Source of the DNA: Dendrobates tinctorius
Lineage: Eukaryota
Direction of reading: 5' to 3'
Assembly: GCF_039654945.1 (NCBI RefSeq)
Contig: NW_027361810.1
Span: 3,224,001 to 3,288,000, forward strand
Length of the DNA: 64,000 bases
Made by a program: the position numbers and the translations under genes. This document shows, piece after piece, positions 10,832 to 25,235 of the stretch. The first letter of the stretch is position 1; each line of letters begins with the position of its first letter. The notes under the pieces are model-generated. The model saw nothing but the letters and a program-made list of their open reading frames with translations. It made no database searches and was not told the origin of the DNA.

Positions 10832-13800
10832 GGAAGGTGAAAAGTTCTTGGACAGAGCAGAATTATCTCTTCATGTTACAGAAAGAGAAGAAATTCGAAG
10901 TGCACCTGAAGAAACAGAGGAATGGAGACATGTGACCCAGAGAAGCAGGAGGATCAGGAGGCAGTCAGCACCCATACTGCTCAGAAACCAGTACCAGGCT
11001 CTCACGCAGGAAAACGATGAAGAAATACATCAGGATAAGACTTTGCCAACAAACAGCAACCTTGTACGCCTTCAGAGTCCTCCTGGATGGAGAAAGAAAA
11101 ATGTTGTGAAGAAGAAACTGAGAGTGGTGGTCATGGGGGATTCCCTGCTGAGAGGAACAGAGGCCGCTATCTGCAGACCGGATATAACTTCAAGAGAAAT
11201 GTGCCGTCTTCCAGGTGCAAAAATTAAAGATGTGTCTGACAGGATATCAGGACTCTTCAGACCTACAGATGACTACCCATTCCTGCTACTACATGTGGGG
11301 ACAAATGACACCGCAAGAAACGACCTGGAAACCATCTGCAGAGACTTTGAAGACTTAGGCAAGAAAGTGAAAGAACTAGGAGCGCAGGTGGTCTTCTCTT
11401 CCATCCTCCCAGTGGATGGCCATGGAACAAGGAGGTGGAATAAGATTCTGCAGGTGAACAACTGGCTACGTCGATGGTGCCGTCAGCAACGATTTGGATT
11501 TCTGGATCACGGAGTGAACTACTTATACGATGGACTACTTCCTAGAGATGGGGTGCACCTTACGAAGACTGGAAAGCAGGTATTTGGAAGTCGCCTTGCT
11601 ACACTTGTAAGGAGAGCTTTAAACTAGAACAACATGGGAAGGGAAGCAAAAGACCAGAAAAAGCCATACACCTGACAAATGCTATTGAGAACTCTGCTAT
11701 TAGAAGTGGAAAGGAAGAACAAAGACGAAAGAATCTAATTAATAAACATATTGGAGAAAGAGAAACTAATCACAAACTAAAATGTTTCTATACTAATGCA
11801 CAAAGCATGGGCAACAAACAAGGAGAATTGGAACTACTAACACAGGAAAAGAAATATGATGTCATTGGAATCACTGAAACTTGGTGGGACGATACACATG
11901 ATTGGAATACAAGACTAGAAGGATACAACTTATTTGCAAGAAACAGACTTGATAAACGAGGAGGGGGTGTTGCATTTTATGTTAGAAACGCGTATATCTG
12001 CACAGAGATTGAAGCTTCAGAGACTGGGAGTTCTGTGGAAACTGTTTGGGTAAGAATACAAGGACAGAACAATGGAAAGGACACCATTGTAGGCATTTAC
12101 TACAGGCCGCCTGTGCAAGCTGAAGATATGGATGAACTCTTTATGCATCAAATGGCCAAGTTCTCCAAAAAATATGACATAGTTGTCATGGGAGATTTCA
12201 ACTATCCAGACATTTGTTGGGAATCTCTCTCAGGCAAAACTAACAGGTCAAGGAAATTCTTATCCTCTCTTGCTGACAACTTTATCTTCCAAAAGGTAGG
12301 GGAGAAAACAAGGGGAACTGCTACCTTGGATCTAATCCTTATAAACAGGGAGGAAATGGTTGAGGAGGTAAAAGTGGCTGGGACCCTAGGAGGTAGCGAC
12401 CATGCTATTTTAGAATTTTGGATAACTAGAGGCGGAAGACCTGTGAAGACTCAGACGTCAAGGTTAGATTTCAGAAAGGCAGATTTGAAGGGATTCAGAA
12501 AGATAATTGGAGGGATCCAATGGCTGGATATCCTTAAAGACAAAAATGTCCAGGAAGGATGGGAAATCTTGAAAAATGAAATTCTCAAAGCACAGTTGTT
12601 AACAATTCCGAAAAAAGAGGGAAGAATAGGAAGCATTTAAGGAAACCAGGATGGATGAACACAGAACTTAAGCACATGCTAAAAAGGAAGAAAAAAATGT
12701 TTATAAAATGGAAAGAGGGAGGCATATCTAAAGAAGAATATAATGCTGTCTGCAGAACCTGCAGGGCACAAAGCAGATTAGCTAAAACTGAAAATGAATT
12801 GAGGCTTGCAAGAGATGTCAAAAGCAATAATAAAGGATTTTGGGGATATGTCAAAAGTAAAAGAAAAGTCAAAGATGCTATAGGATTTTTTACAGGATGA
12901 AAATGATGAAATGGTAAGACAGGATGTTGAGAAGGCTGAACTTTTAAATTCCTATTTTGCATCTGTTTTCTCTCAGAAAGGAAATGTAACACCAACTGTT
13001 ATTCACTGTCCTATTAAAGGAATAGAAGAATCCAGGATATCTATAAACAGAAAGATAGTGAGGAAACACTTAGCTAACTTAAATGAATTCAAGTCTCCAG
13101 GTCCAGATGAATTACACCCCAGAGTACTGAAGGAGATAGCAGAAGAAATTTTTGAACCCGTCTCCATAATCTTTGAAAATTCTTGGAGAACAGGAGAAGT
13201 GCCAGAAGACTGGAGAAGAGCAAATGTTGTTCCTATCTTCAAAAAGGGGAAGAAGGTGGACCCAGGCAACTATAGGCTGGTGAGTCTGACTTCTATACCA
13301 GGAAAGATCTTTGAACAAATTATTTAAACAACATGTATGTCAATACCTGGATAAGAATGAAGTGATCAAACAGAGTCAGCATGGGTTTGTAACTAATAAG
13401 TCATGTCAGACTAACTTAATTTCCTTCTATGACGGTATCACTGATTGGGTGGATCAAGGAAATGCTGTAGATATAGTATATCTTGACTTCAGCAAAGCAT
13501 TTGACAAAGTCTCTCATACAATCCTTATTGAAAAAATGACTAAGTATGGAATGGACAAGGCAACTGTTAGGTGGATTCATAACTGGCTTAGTGATCGGAC
13601 CCAAAGAGTGGTTGTAAATGGCTGCACATCCAGTTGGAAGAATGTCTCAAGTGGGGTACCACAGGGCTCTGTCCTGGGCCCTGTATTGTTCAACATCTTT
13701 ATCAACGATTTAGATGAAGGAATTGAGGGTAAACTGATTAAATTTGCTGATGACACAAAGCTAGGAGGGATAGCTAATACTAGAGAAGAGAGAGAGAGGA

Positions 13801-14615
13801 CTCAAAAAGATTTAAATAAACTGAAGAAGTGGGCAGCAACTAACAGAATGGTTTTTAACAGGGAGAAATGCAAAGTACTACATCTGGGCAATAAAAATGA
13901 AAAAAGCATATATAGAATGGGAGGAATAGGGCTAAGCAACAGCACATGTGAAAAAGACTTGGGTATACTAATAGATCACAGACTGAATATGAGTCAACAG
14001 TGTGATGCAGCAGCAAAAAAGGCAAATGCAATTCTAGGATGTATTAACAGAAGCATACAGTCTAGATCACGTGAAGTCATTATTTCCCTCTACTCCTCTT
14101 TGGTCAGATCTCATCTGGAATATTGTGTGCAGTTTTAGGCACCACATTTTAAAAAAGACATCAACAAACTGGAGCAAGTTCAGAAAAGAGCGACCAGAAT
14201 GGTGACCGGTCTGCAAACCCTGTCTTATGAGGAAAGGTTGCAGGATTTGGGAATGTTTAGTTTGCAAAAGAGAAGACTGAGAGGAGACTTAATAGCGGTC
14301 TACAAATATCTAAAGGGCTGTCACATTGTAGAAGGATCAACTTTATTCTCATATGCACAAGGAAAGACTAGAAGCAATGGGATGAAACTGAATGGGAGGA
14401 GACACAGATTAGATATTAGAAAAAACTTTTTGACAGAGTGATCAATGAGTGGAACAGGCTGCCACGAGAAGTTGTGAGTTCTCCTTCAATGGAAGTCTTC
14501 AAACAGAGGCTGGACAGACATCTGACTGGGATGATTTAGCGAATCCTGCTTTGAGCAGGGGGTTGGACCAGATGGCCCAGGAGGTCCCTTCCAACTCTAC
14601 GATTCTATGATTCTA
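10832..14615 (+). mobile_element. CR1 LINE, 5'-truncated and decayed (ORF1 esterase part plus ORF2 APE-RT)
   Basis: ORF1 SGNH motifs GDS/GTND/DGVH; endonuclease motifs GITETW, MGDFN, SDH; RT motifs [10 protein letters not shown] and KFADD; 3' tail GATTCTATGATTCT; ORF2 broken near 12620, 12900, 13325 and 14138. Confidence 0.93.
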
Positions 14616-15127
14616 ATACTGCACAGCCCCGGTCACTACTGACATGGACATAAAGTGCAGCTCTGGAGTATAATACTGCACAGCCCCGGTTACCACTGAC
14701 ATGGATATAAAGTGCAGCTCTGGGGTATAATACTGCACAGCCCCGGTCACCACTGACATGGACATAAAGTGCAGCTCTGGGGTATAATACTGCACAGCCC
14801 CGGTCACCACTGACATGGACATTAAGTGCAGCTCTGGGGTATAATACTGCACAGCCCCGGTCACTACTGACATGGACATTAAGTGCAGCTCTGGGGTATA
14901 ATACTGCACAGCCCCGGTCACCACTGACATGGACATAAAGTGCAGCTCTGGGGTATAATACTGCACAGCCCCGGTCACCACTGACATGGACATAAAGTGC
15001 AGCTCTGGAGTATAATACTGCACAGCCCCGGTCACCACTGACATGGATATAAAGTGCAGCTCTGGAGTATAATACTGCACAGCCCCGCTCACTACTGACA
15101 TGGACATAAACTGCAGCTCTGGGGCAT

Positions 15128-16872
15128 AATTATTATTATTATTTATTGTTATAGCGCCATTTATTCCATGGCGCTTTACAGGTAAGGAGGGGTATACATA
15201 ATACATACAAGTACAATAATCTTAATACAAATCATAACTGGTACAGGAGGAGAGAGGACCCTGCCCGCGAGGGCTCACAATCTACAAGGGATGGGGGAGA
15301 ATACAGTAGGCGAGGGTAGAGCTGGTCGTGCAGCGGTTTGGTGGATCGGTGGTTACTGCAGGCTGTAGGCTTGTCGGAAGAGGTCGGTCTTCAGGCTCTT
15401 TTTGAAGGTTTCAATGGTAGGTGAGAGTCTGATATGTTGTGGTAGAGAGTTCCAGAGTAGGGGGGATGCGCGAGAGAAATCTTGTATGCGATTGTGGGAA
15501 GAGGAGATAAGAGGGAAGTAGAGAAGGAGATCTTGTGAGGATCGGAGGTTGCATGCAGGAAAGTACCGGGAGACGAGGTCACAGATGTATGGAGCAGACA
15601 GGTTGTGGATGGCTTTGTATGTCATGGTTAGGGTTTTGTAATGGAGTCTCTGGGCAATTGGGAGCCAGTGAAGGGATTGACAGAGGGGAGATGCTGGGGA
15701 ATAGCGGGGGGACAGGTGGATTAGTCGGGCAGCAGAGTTTAGAATAGATTGGAGGGGTGCGAGAGTGTTTGAGGGGAGGCCACAGAGCAGGAGGTTGCAG
15801 TAGTCAAGGCGAGAGATGATGAGGGCATGGACCAGGGTTTTTGCAGATTCTTGGGTGAGGAATGAACGGATTCGTGAAATATTTTAGAGTTGAAGTCGGC
15901 AAGAAGCGGAAAGGGCTTGGATATGTGGTTTGAAGGAGAGATTAGCATCAAGGATTACTCCGAGGCAGCGAGCTTGTGGGACTGGGGAGAGTGGGCAGTC
16001 ATTTACTGTAATTGATAGGTTCGTGGGGGGGGTCACGTGAGATGGGGGAAAGATGATGAATTCTGTTTTGTCCATGTTGAGTTTCAGAAATCTAGCGGAG
16101 AAGAAGGATGAAATAGTGGACAGACATTGAGGGATTCTGGTTAGTAGGGAGGTGATATCTGGTCCAGAGATGTAGATCTGTGTGTCATCAGCATAGAGAT
16201 GATACTAAAAGCCATGAGATTCTATGAGCTGTCCCAGGCCAAGGTGTAAATAGAGAACAGCAGGGGCCCAAGGACTGAACCTTGTGGGACTCCGACAGAT
16301 AGGGGGTGAGGTGAGGAGGTGGTGTGTGAGTGGGAGACGCTGAATGTCCGGTCTGTTAGGTATGATGAGATCCAGGATAGGGCCAAGTCTGTGATGCCGA
16401 GGGATGAGAGGGTCTGTAATAATAGGGAATGGTCCACTGTGTCAAAGGCAGCCGACAGGTCCAGGAGGAGGAGGACAGAGTAGTGTCGCTTGCTCTTGGC
16501 GGTTAAGAGGTCATTGGTGACCTTAGTAAGGGCAGTTTCAGTGGAGTAGTATGACCGGAAGCCAGATTGTAAGCAGTCGAAGAGGGAGCAAGAAGAGAGA
16601 TGGGAGGACAGTTCAAGGTAGACGTGTTGTTCCAGTAGCTTGTAGGCGTAGGGGAGAAGTGATATAGGGCGATGGTTAGATACAGAGGATGGGTCAAGAG
16701 AGGGCTTTTTGAGGATAGGTGTGATGGAGGCATGTTTAAAGCTTGAGGGGAAAACACCAGTTGTTAGTAATAGGTTGAAGAGATGGGTTAGGGTTGGGAT
16801 GAAGACTGTGGTGAGGTTTGGTATGAAGTGGGATGGGATGGGGTCAAGTGCACAGGTGGTGAGATGTGAGAT
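15128..16872 (-). mobile_element. L2 LINE 3' fragment, copy 1
   Basis: RT motifs [10 protein letters not shown] and YADD; C-terminal SRLDYCN and LHWL; 3' stem-loop AGCGCCAT..ATGGCGCT and (AAT)n tail; frameshifted. Confidence 0.9.
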
Positions 16873-19800
16873 GTATAATACTGCACAGCCCCGGTCACCA
16901 CTAACATGGACATAAAGTGCAGCTCTGGGGTATAATACTGCACAGCCCCGATCACCACTGACATGGACATAAAGTACAGCTCTGTGGTATAATACTGCAC
17001 AGCCCCGGTCACTACTGACATGGACATGAAGTGCAGCTCTGGGGTATAATACTGCACAGCCCCGGTCACCACTGACATGGATATAAAGTGTAGCTCTGGA
17101 GTATAATACTGCACAGCCCCGGTCACCACTGACATGGACATAAAGTGCAGCTCTGGGGTATAATACTGCACAGCCCCGGTCACCACTGACATGGACATAA
17201 AGTGCAGCTCTGGGGTATAATACTGCACAGCCCCGGTCACCACTGACATGTACATAAAGTGCAGCTCTGGGGTATAATACTGCACAGCCCCGGTCACTAC
17301 TGACATGGACATAAAGTGCAGCTCCGGGGTATGCTGCACAGCCTCGGTCACCACTGACATGTACATAAAGTGCAGCTCCGGGGTATAATACTGCACAGCC
17401 CCGGTCACCACTGACATGGACATAAAGTGCAGCTCTGGGGTATAATGCTGCACTGCCCCGGTCACTACTGACATGGATATAAAGTGCAGCTCTGGGGTAT
17501 AATGCTGCACTGCCCCGGTCACTACTGACATGGATATAAAGTGCAGCTCTGGGGTATAATACTGCACAGCCCTGGTCACCACTGACACGGACATAAAGTG
17601 CAGCTCTGGGGTATAATACTGCACAGCCCCAGTCACCACTGACATGTACATGAAGTGCAGCTCTGGGGTATAATACTGCACAGCCCCGGTCACTACTGAC
17701 ATGGACATAAAGTGCAGCTCTGGGGTATAATACTGCACAGCCCCGGTCACTACTGACATGGACATACAGTGCACAGCCCCGGTCACCACTGACATGGACA
17801 TAAAGTGCAGCTCTGGGGTATAATACTGCACAGCCCTGGTCACCACTGACATGGACATAAAGTACAGCTCTGGGGTATAATACTGCACAGCCCCGGTCAC
17901 TACTGACATGGACATAAAGTGCACAGCCCGGTCACTACTGACATGGACATAAAGTGCAGCTCTGGGGTATAATACTGCACAGCTCCGGTCACCACTGACA
18001 TGGACATAAAGTGCAGCTCTGGGGTGTAATACTGCACAGCCCCGGTCACCACTGACATGTACATAAAGTACAGCTCTGGGGTATAATACTGCACAGCCCA
18101 GGTCACTACTAACATGGACATAAAGTGCAGCTCTGGGGTATAATACTGCACAGCCCCGGTCACTACTAACATGGATATAAAGTGCAGCTCTGGGGTATAA
18201 TACTGCACAGCCCCGGTCACTACTGACATGGACATAAAGTACAGCTCTGGGTTATAATACTGCACAGCCCCGGTCACTACTAACATGGACATAAAGTGCA
18301 GCTCTGGGGTATAATACTGCAAAGCCCCGGTGACTACTGACATGGACATAAAGTGCAGCTCTGAGGTATAATAATGCACAGCCCAGGTCAGCACTGACAT
18401 GTACATAAAGTGCAGCTCTGGGGTATAATACTGCACAGCCCCGGTCACCACTGACATGGATATAAAGTGCAGCTCTGGGGTATAATACTGCACAGCCCCG
18501 GTCACTACTGACATGGACATAAAGTGCAGCTCTGGGGTATAATACTGCACAGCCCCGGTCACTACTGACATGGACATACAGTGCACAGCCCCGGTCACTA
18601 CTGACATGGACATAAAGCGCAGCTCTGGGGTATAATACTGCACAGCCCCGGTCACCACTGACATGGACATAAAGTACAGCTCTGGGGTGTAAAACTGCAA
18701 AGCCCCGGTCACCACTGACATGGACATAAAGTACAGCTCTGGGGTATAATACTGCACAGCCCCGGTCACTACTGACATGGACATAAAGTGCAGCTCTGGG
18801 GTATAATACTGCACAGCCCCGGTCACCACTGACATGGATATAAAGTGCAGCTCTGGGGTATAATACTGCACAGCCCCGGTCACCACTGACATGGACATAA
18901 AGTACAGCTCTGGGGTATAATACTGTATAGCCCCGGTCACTACTGACATGGATATAAAGTGCAGCTCTGGGGTATAATACTGCACAGCCCCGGTCACCAC
19001 TGACATGGATATAAAGTGCAGCTCTGGGGTATAATACTGCACAGCCCCGGTCACCACTGACATGGACATAAAGTACAGCTCTGGGGTGTAAAACTGCAAA
19101 GCCCCGGTCACCACTGACATGGACATAAAGTGCAGCTCTGGGGTATAATACTGCACAGCCCCGGTCACTACTGACATGGATATAAAGTGCAGCTCTGGGG
19201 TATAATACTGCACAGCCCCGGTCACTACTAACATAGATATAAAGTACAGCTCTGGGGTATAATACAGCACAGCCCTGGTCACTACAGACATGGACACAAA
19301 GTGCAGCTCTGGGGTATAATACTGCAAAGCCCCGTTCACCACTGACATGTACATAAAGTACAGCTCTGGGGTTTAATACTGCAAAGCCCCGGTCACCACT
19401 GACATGGACATAAAGTACAGCTCTGGGGTATAATACTGCACAGCCCCGGTCACTACTGACATGGATATAAAGTGCAGCTCTGGGGTATAATACTGCACAG
19501 CCCCGGTCACTACTAACATGGATATAAAGTGCAGCTCTGGGGTATAATACTGCACAGCCCCGTTCACCACTGACATGTACATAAAGTACAGCTCTGGGGT
19601 TTAATACTGCAAAGCCCCGGTCACCACTGACATGGACATAAAGTACAGCTCTGGGGTATAATACTGCACAGCCCTGGTCACCACTGACATGGACATAAAG
19701 AGCAGCTCTGGGGTATAATACTGCACAGCCCCGGTCACTACTGACATGGATATAAAGTGCAGCTCTGGGGTATAATACTGCACAGCCCCGTTCACCACTG

Positions 19801-22224
19801 ACATGTACATAAAGTACAGCTCTGGGGTTTAATACTGCAAAGCCCCGGTCACCACTGACATGGACATAAAGTACAGCTCTGGGGTATAATACTGCACAGC
19901 CCCGGTCACTACTGACATGGACATAAAGTGCAGCTCTGGGGTATAATACTGCACAGCCCCGGTCAATACTGACATGGATATAAAGTGCAGCTCTGGGGTA
20001 TAATACTGCACAGCCCCGGTCACTACTGACATGGATATAAAGTGCAGCTCTGGGGTATAATGCTGCACAGCCACGGTCACCACTGACATGTACATAAAGT
20101 GCAGCTCCGGGGTATAATACTGCACAGCCCCGGTCACCACTGACATGGACATAAAGTACAGCTCTGGGTATAATACTGCACAGCCCCGGTCACTACTGAC
20201 ATGGACATAAAGTGCAGCTCTGGGGTATAATACTGCACAGCCCCGGTCACTACTGACATGGACATAAAGTACAGCTCTGGGGTATAATACTGCACAGCCC
20301 GGTCACTACTAACATGGATATAAAGTGCAGCTCTGGGGTATAATACTGCACAGCCCCGGTCACTACTGACATGGACATAAAGTGCAGCTCTGGGGTAGAA
20401 TACTGTACAGCCCCGGTCACTACTGACATGGACAAAGTGCAGCTCTGGGGTGTAAAACTGCACAGCCCCGGTCACTACTGACATGGACATAAAGTACAGC
20501 TCTGGGGTATAATACTGCACAGCCCGGTCACTACTAACATGGATATAAAGTGCAGCTCTGGGGTATAATACTGCACAGCCCCGGTCACCACTGACATGGA
20601 TATAAAGTGCAGCTCTGGGGTATAATAGTGCACAGCCCCGGTCACCACTGACATGGACATAAAGTGCAGCTCTGGGGTATAATACTGCACAGCCCCGGTC
20701 ACCACTGACATGGATATAAAGTGCAGCTCTGGGGTATAATACTGCACAGCCCCAGTCACCACTGATATGGATATAAAGTGCAGCTCTGGGGTATAATACT
20801 GCACAGCCCCGGTCACTACAGACATGGACACAAAGTGCAGCTCTGGGGTATAATACTGCACAGCCCCGGTCACTACTAACATAGATATAAAGTACAGCTC
20901 TGGGGTATAATACTGCACAGCCCGGTCACTACTAACATTGATATAAAGTGCAGCTCTGGGGTATAATACTGCACAGCCCCGTTCACCACTGACATGTACA
21001 TAAAGTACAGCTCTGGGGTATAATACTGCACAGCCCCGGTCACTACTGACATGGATATAAAGTGCAGCTCTGGGGTATAATACTGCACAGCCCCGGTCAC
21101 CACTGACATGGACATAAAGTGCAGCTCTGGGGTATAATACTGCACAGCCCCGGTCACCACTGACATGGACATAAAGTACAGCTCTGGGGTATAATACTGC
21201 ACAGCCCCGGTCACTACTGACATGGACATAAAGTGCAGCTCTGGGGTATAATACTGCACAGCCCCAGTCACCACTGACATGGACATAAAGTGCAGCTCTG
21301 GGGTATAATACTGCACAGCCCCGGTCGCTACTGACATGGATATAAAGTGCAGCTCTGGGGTATAATACTGCACAGCCCCGGTCACCACTGACATGGACAT
21401 AAAGTGCAGCTCTGGGGTATAATACTGCACAGCCCCGGTTACCACTGACATGTACATTAAGTGCAGCTCTGGGGTATAATACTGCACAGCCCGGTCACTA
21501 CTGACATGTACATTAAGTGCAGCTCTGGGGTATAATACTGCACAGCCCGGTCACCACTGACATGGACATTTACCGCAGGGCGATCGCTCGTTTTGTTTGT
21601 GTCCTGGGCTTGGTGCTTGTATATGAAGCTTCACGCTGACGCTTCAGTGTTGTGATTTTTTGGCTGATTTAGGGTTGGAGTCTTCATTGTGAAGGTAGAA
21701 AACACAACATTGTATCACGCTATCGCGTAATCTCTCACGAAGAAGGTTCCGCAAACGTCAATCATCGTATGATCGTCCTCCAGTGATCAGCCGCAGCAGT
21801 CGTCTTATGTCGTGATCACCAGGAGAGGGCGCTCATTGCTCAGGGAACTCTTCAGAAAACCGTTGCAGGAGGAGCTGGGAGCGATCATTGATGATGAAGC
21901 GTCTGGCTGCCGCTTCTGCGTGTTCTCTGAGGAAGGGACCTGAGAAGTCCCGGAAGCTGCTGGGGAACATCATTTATTTTTTTCAGCCATTAAAAGGTCT
22001 CATAACTACAAGATTATCTTGTTTTTCACACTGAGCATTCATTTATCAGCTGCTAACACGGTGCCAAACCCATTTTTTTCTTTTAATTAAAAGGATTGTG
22101 TCTTCTTTGTAAATGGTTAAAATAGCAGCAAACTTGTACAAAAAAAAACAACAACTTTTCAATTTCCCTCTAAATAAACATTTCTGTTCTAATGGAGTTT
22201 TTATTTGTGTATTACACTTTTTGT

Positions 22225-22862
22225 AAGGTTCCAGGCCACCTGCACAGTGTACGGGCCGGGCCGCAAAACGTGCACACAGTGCACACGGAGAACAGTGCAC
22301 ACGGAGAACAGTGCACACGGCGAACAGTGCACACGGAGAACAGTGCACACGGAGAACAGTGCACACGGAGAACAGTGCACACGGCGAACAGTGCACACGG
22401 CTCCGCTACTGTGAGCCCTTGTTCCCTAGCGGCAGCTGCTGAACTCGGCTGTCATCCATTCTCCCCTGCTCTGCCGGTGAGCAGAGGAGAATGAATGAAA
22501 AACTGGCCTGCTGTGACCTCAGGACCGTGGGAAAATGCAAGTGATGAGGTCACGGCCGTTCAAGCTCTGACACAGTGACCTTATCACTTACATTCTCCCA
22601 CGGTCCGGAGATCACAACAGGTCAGATTCTCATTCATTCTCCTCTGCTCGCGCTGACCACGGCAGAGCAGGAGGAAATGGATGAAAGCCGGCTTCAGCAC
22701 CAGCTGCCATGGGACAGCGGCTTACAGTAGCGCTCCTTCCCCGGCGGCGTCCATGTGCTACTGATGCGGCACACGGTTGCCACACGTAGTAAACACACAG
22801 ACACTGATAACTCTGGTACCATTTTTTCTGGAACCTGAAATATCAGGATGTGTGAAACCGAC
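22225..22862. mobile_element. MITE-like element with internal hairpin and a 16-bp repeat (AACAGTGCACACGGAG)
   Basis: Inverted arms about 22425-22560 and 22575-22720; Harbinger-like right end GTGTGAAACCGACC|TTA; left terminus unclear. Confidence 0.5.
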
Positions 22863-25235
22863 CTTACATGGATTTCTGGGTGTGTGTCTTACATGGATTT
22901 CCAGTGGTGTGTCTTACATGGATTTCTGGGGGTGTGTCTTACATGGATTTCTGGGGGCGTGTCTTACATGGATTTCTGGGGGCGTGTCTTACATGGATTT
23001 CCAGGGGCGTGTCTTACATGGATTTCTGGGGGCGTGTCTTACATGGATTTCCGGGGGCGTGTCTTACATGGATTTCCTGGGGCGTGTCTTACATGGATTT
23101 CTGGGGGCGTGTCTTACATGGATTTCTGGGGACGTTTTACATGAATTTCCAGTGGTGTGTCTTACATGGATTTCCGGGGGCGTGTCTTACATGGATTTCC
23201 GGGGGCGTGTCTTACATGGATTTCCGGGGGCGTGTCTTACATGGATTTCTGGGGGCGTTTTACATGGATTTCCGGGGGCGTGTCTTACATGGATTTCCGG
23301 GGGCGTGTCTTACATGGATTTCCGGGGGCGTGTCTTACATGGATTTCCGGGGGCGTGTCTTACATGGATTTCTGGGGGCGTTTTACATGAATTTCCAGTG
23401 GCGTGTCTTACATGGATTTCCGGGGGCGTGTTTTACATGGATTTCCGGGGGCGTGTTTTACATGGATTTCCGGGGGCGTGTCTTACATGGATTTCCGGGG
23501 GCGTGTCTTACATGGATTTCCGGGGGCGTGTCTTACATGGATTTCCGGGGGCGTGTCTTACATGGATTTCCGGGGGCCTGTCTTACATGGATTTCCGGGG
23601 GCGTGTCTTACATGGATTTCCGGGGGCCTGTCTTACATGGATTTCCGGGGGCCTGTCTTACATGGATTTCCAGTGGTGTGTCTTACATGGATTTCCAGTG
23701 GTGTGTCTTACATGGATTTCTGGGGGCCTGTCTTACATGGATTTCTGGGGGCCTGTCTTACATGGATTTCCAGGGGCCTGTCTTACATGGATTTCCAGTG
23801 GTGTGTCTTACATGGATTTCCAGTGGCGTGTCTTACATGGATTTCCGGGGGCCTGTCTTACATGGATTTCCGGGGGCCTGTCTTACATGGATTTCTGGGG
23901 GCCTGTCTTACATGGATTTCTGGGGGCCTGTCTTACATGGATTTCTGGGGGCCTGTCTTACATGGATTTCTGGGGGCCTGTCTTACATGGATTTCTGGGG
24001 GCCTGTCTTACATGGATTTCCGGGGGCGTGTCTTACATGGATTTCCGGGGGCGTGTCTTACATGGATTTCTGGGGGCGTGTCTTACATGGATTTCTGGGG
24101 GCGTGTCTTACATGGATTTCCGGGGGCGTGTCTTACATGGATTTCCGGGGGCGTGTCTTACATGGATTTCTGGGTGTGTGTCCTACATGAATTTCCGGGG
24201 GCGTGTCTTACATGGATTTCTGGGGGCCTGTCTTACATGGATTTCTGGGGGCCTGTCTTACATGGATTTCCAGTGGTGTGTCTTACATGGATTTCTGGGG
24301 GCCTGTCTTACATGGATTTCTGGGGGCCTGTCTTACATGGATTTCCGGGGGCCTGTCTTACATGGATTTCCGGGGGCCTGTCTTACATGGATTTCCGGGG
24401 GCCTGTCTTACATGGATTTCCGGGGGCCTGTCTTACATGGATTTCCGGGGGCATGTCTTACATGGATTTCCGGGGGCCTGTCTTACATGGATTTCCGGGG
24501 GCCTGTCTTACATGGATTTCCGGGGGCATGTCTTACATGGATTTCCGGGGGCATGTCTTACATGGATTTCCGGGGGAATGTCTTACATGGATTTCTGGGG
24601 GCATGTCTTACATGGATTTCCAGTGGTGTGTCTTACATGGATTTCCGGGGGCGTGTCTTACATGGATTTCCGGGGGGTGCGTCTTACATGGATTTCCGGG
24701 GGCGCGTCTTACATGGATTTCCGGGGGCGCGTCTTACATGGATTTCCGGGGGCGTGTCTTACATGGATTTCCGGGGGCGTGTCTTACATGGATTTTCGGG
24801 GGCGTGTCTTACATGGATTTTCGGGGGCGTGTCTTACATGGATTTCCAGTGGTGTGTCTTACATGGATTTCCGGGGGCGTGTCTTACATGGATTTCCGGG
24901 GGCGTGTCTTACATGGATTTCCGGGGGCGCGTCTTACATGGATTTCCGGGGGTGCGTCTTACATGGATTTCCGGGGGCGCGTCTTACATGGATTTCCGGG
25001 GGCGTGTCTTACATGGATTTCCGGGGGCGTGTCTTACATGGATTTCCGGGGGCGTGTCTTACATGGATTTTCGGGGGCGTGTCTTACATGGATTTCCAGT
25101 GGTGTGTCTTACATGGATTTCCGGGGGCGCGTCTTACATGGATTTCCGGGGGCGTGTCTTACATGGATTTCCGGGGGCGTGTCTTACATGGATTTCCGGG
25201 GGCGTGTCTTACATGGATTTCCGGGGGCGTGTTTT
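22863..25235. repeat. 25-bp satellite, about 95 copies
   Basis: Unit CATGGATTTCCGGGGGCGTGTCTTA. Confidence 0.95.

Larger units (their letters stand above)
10268..21570. repeat. 57-bp satellite (family A), main array interrupted by CR1 and L2
   Basis: Segments 10268-10831, 14614-15130 and 16873-21570; same unit as 1-277. Confidence 0.95.

Noticed and set aside
16788-21487. Long ORFs of ([19 protein letters not shown])n
   Set aside because: Translation of a 57-bp (3n) satellite; broken by indels and LINE insertions; no gene structure.
21833-21970. 45-codon minus-strand ORF MFPSSFRDFSGPFLREHAEAAARR...
   Set aside because: No recognisable homology or supporting splice or promoter signals.
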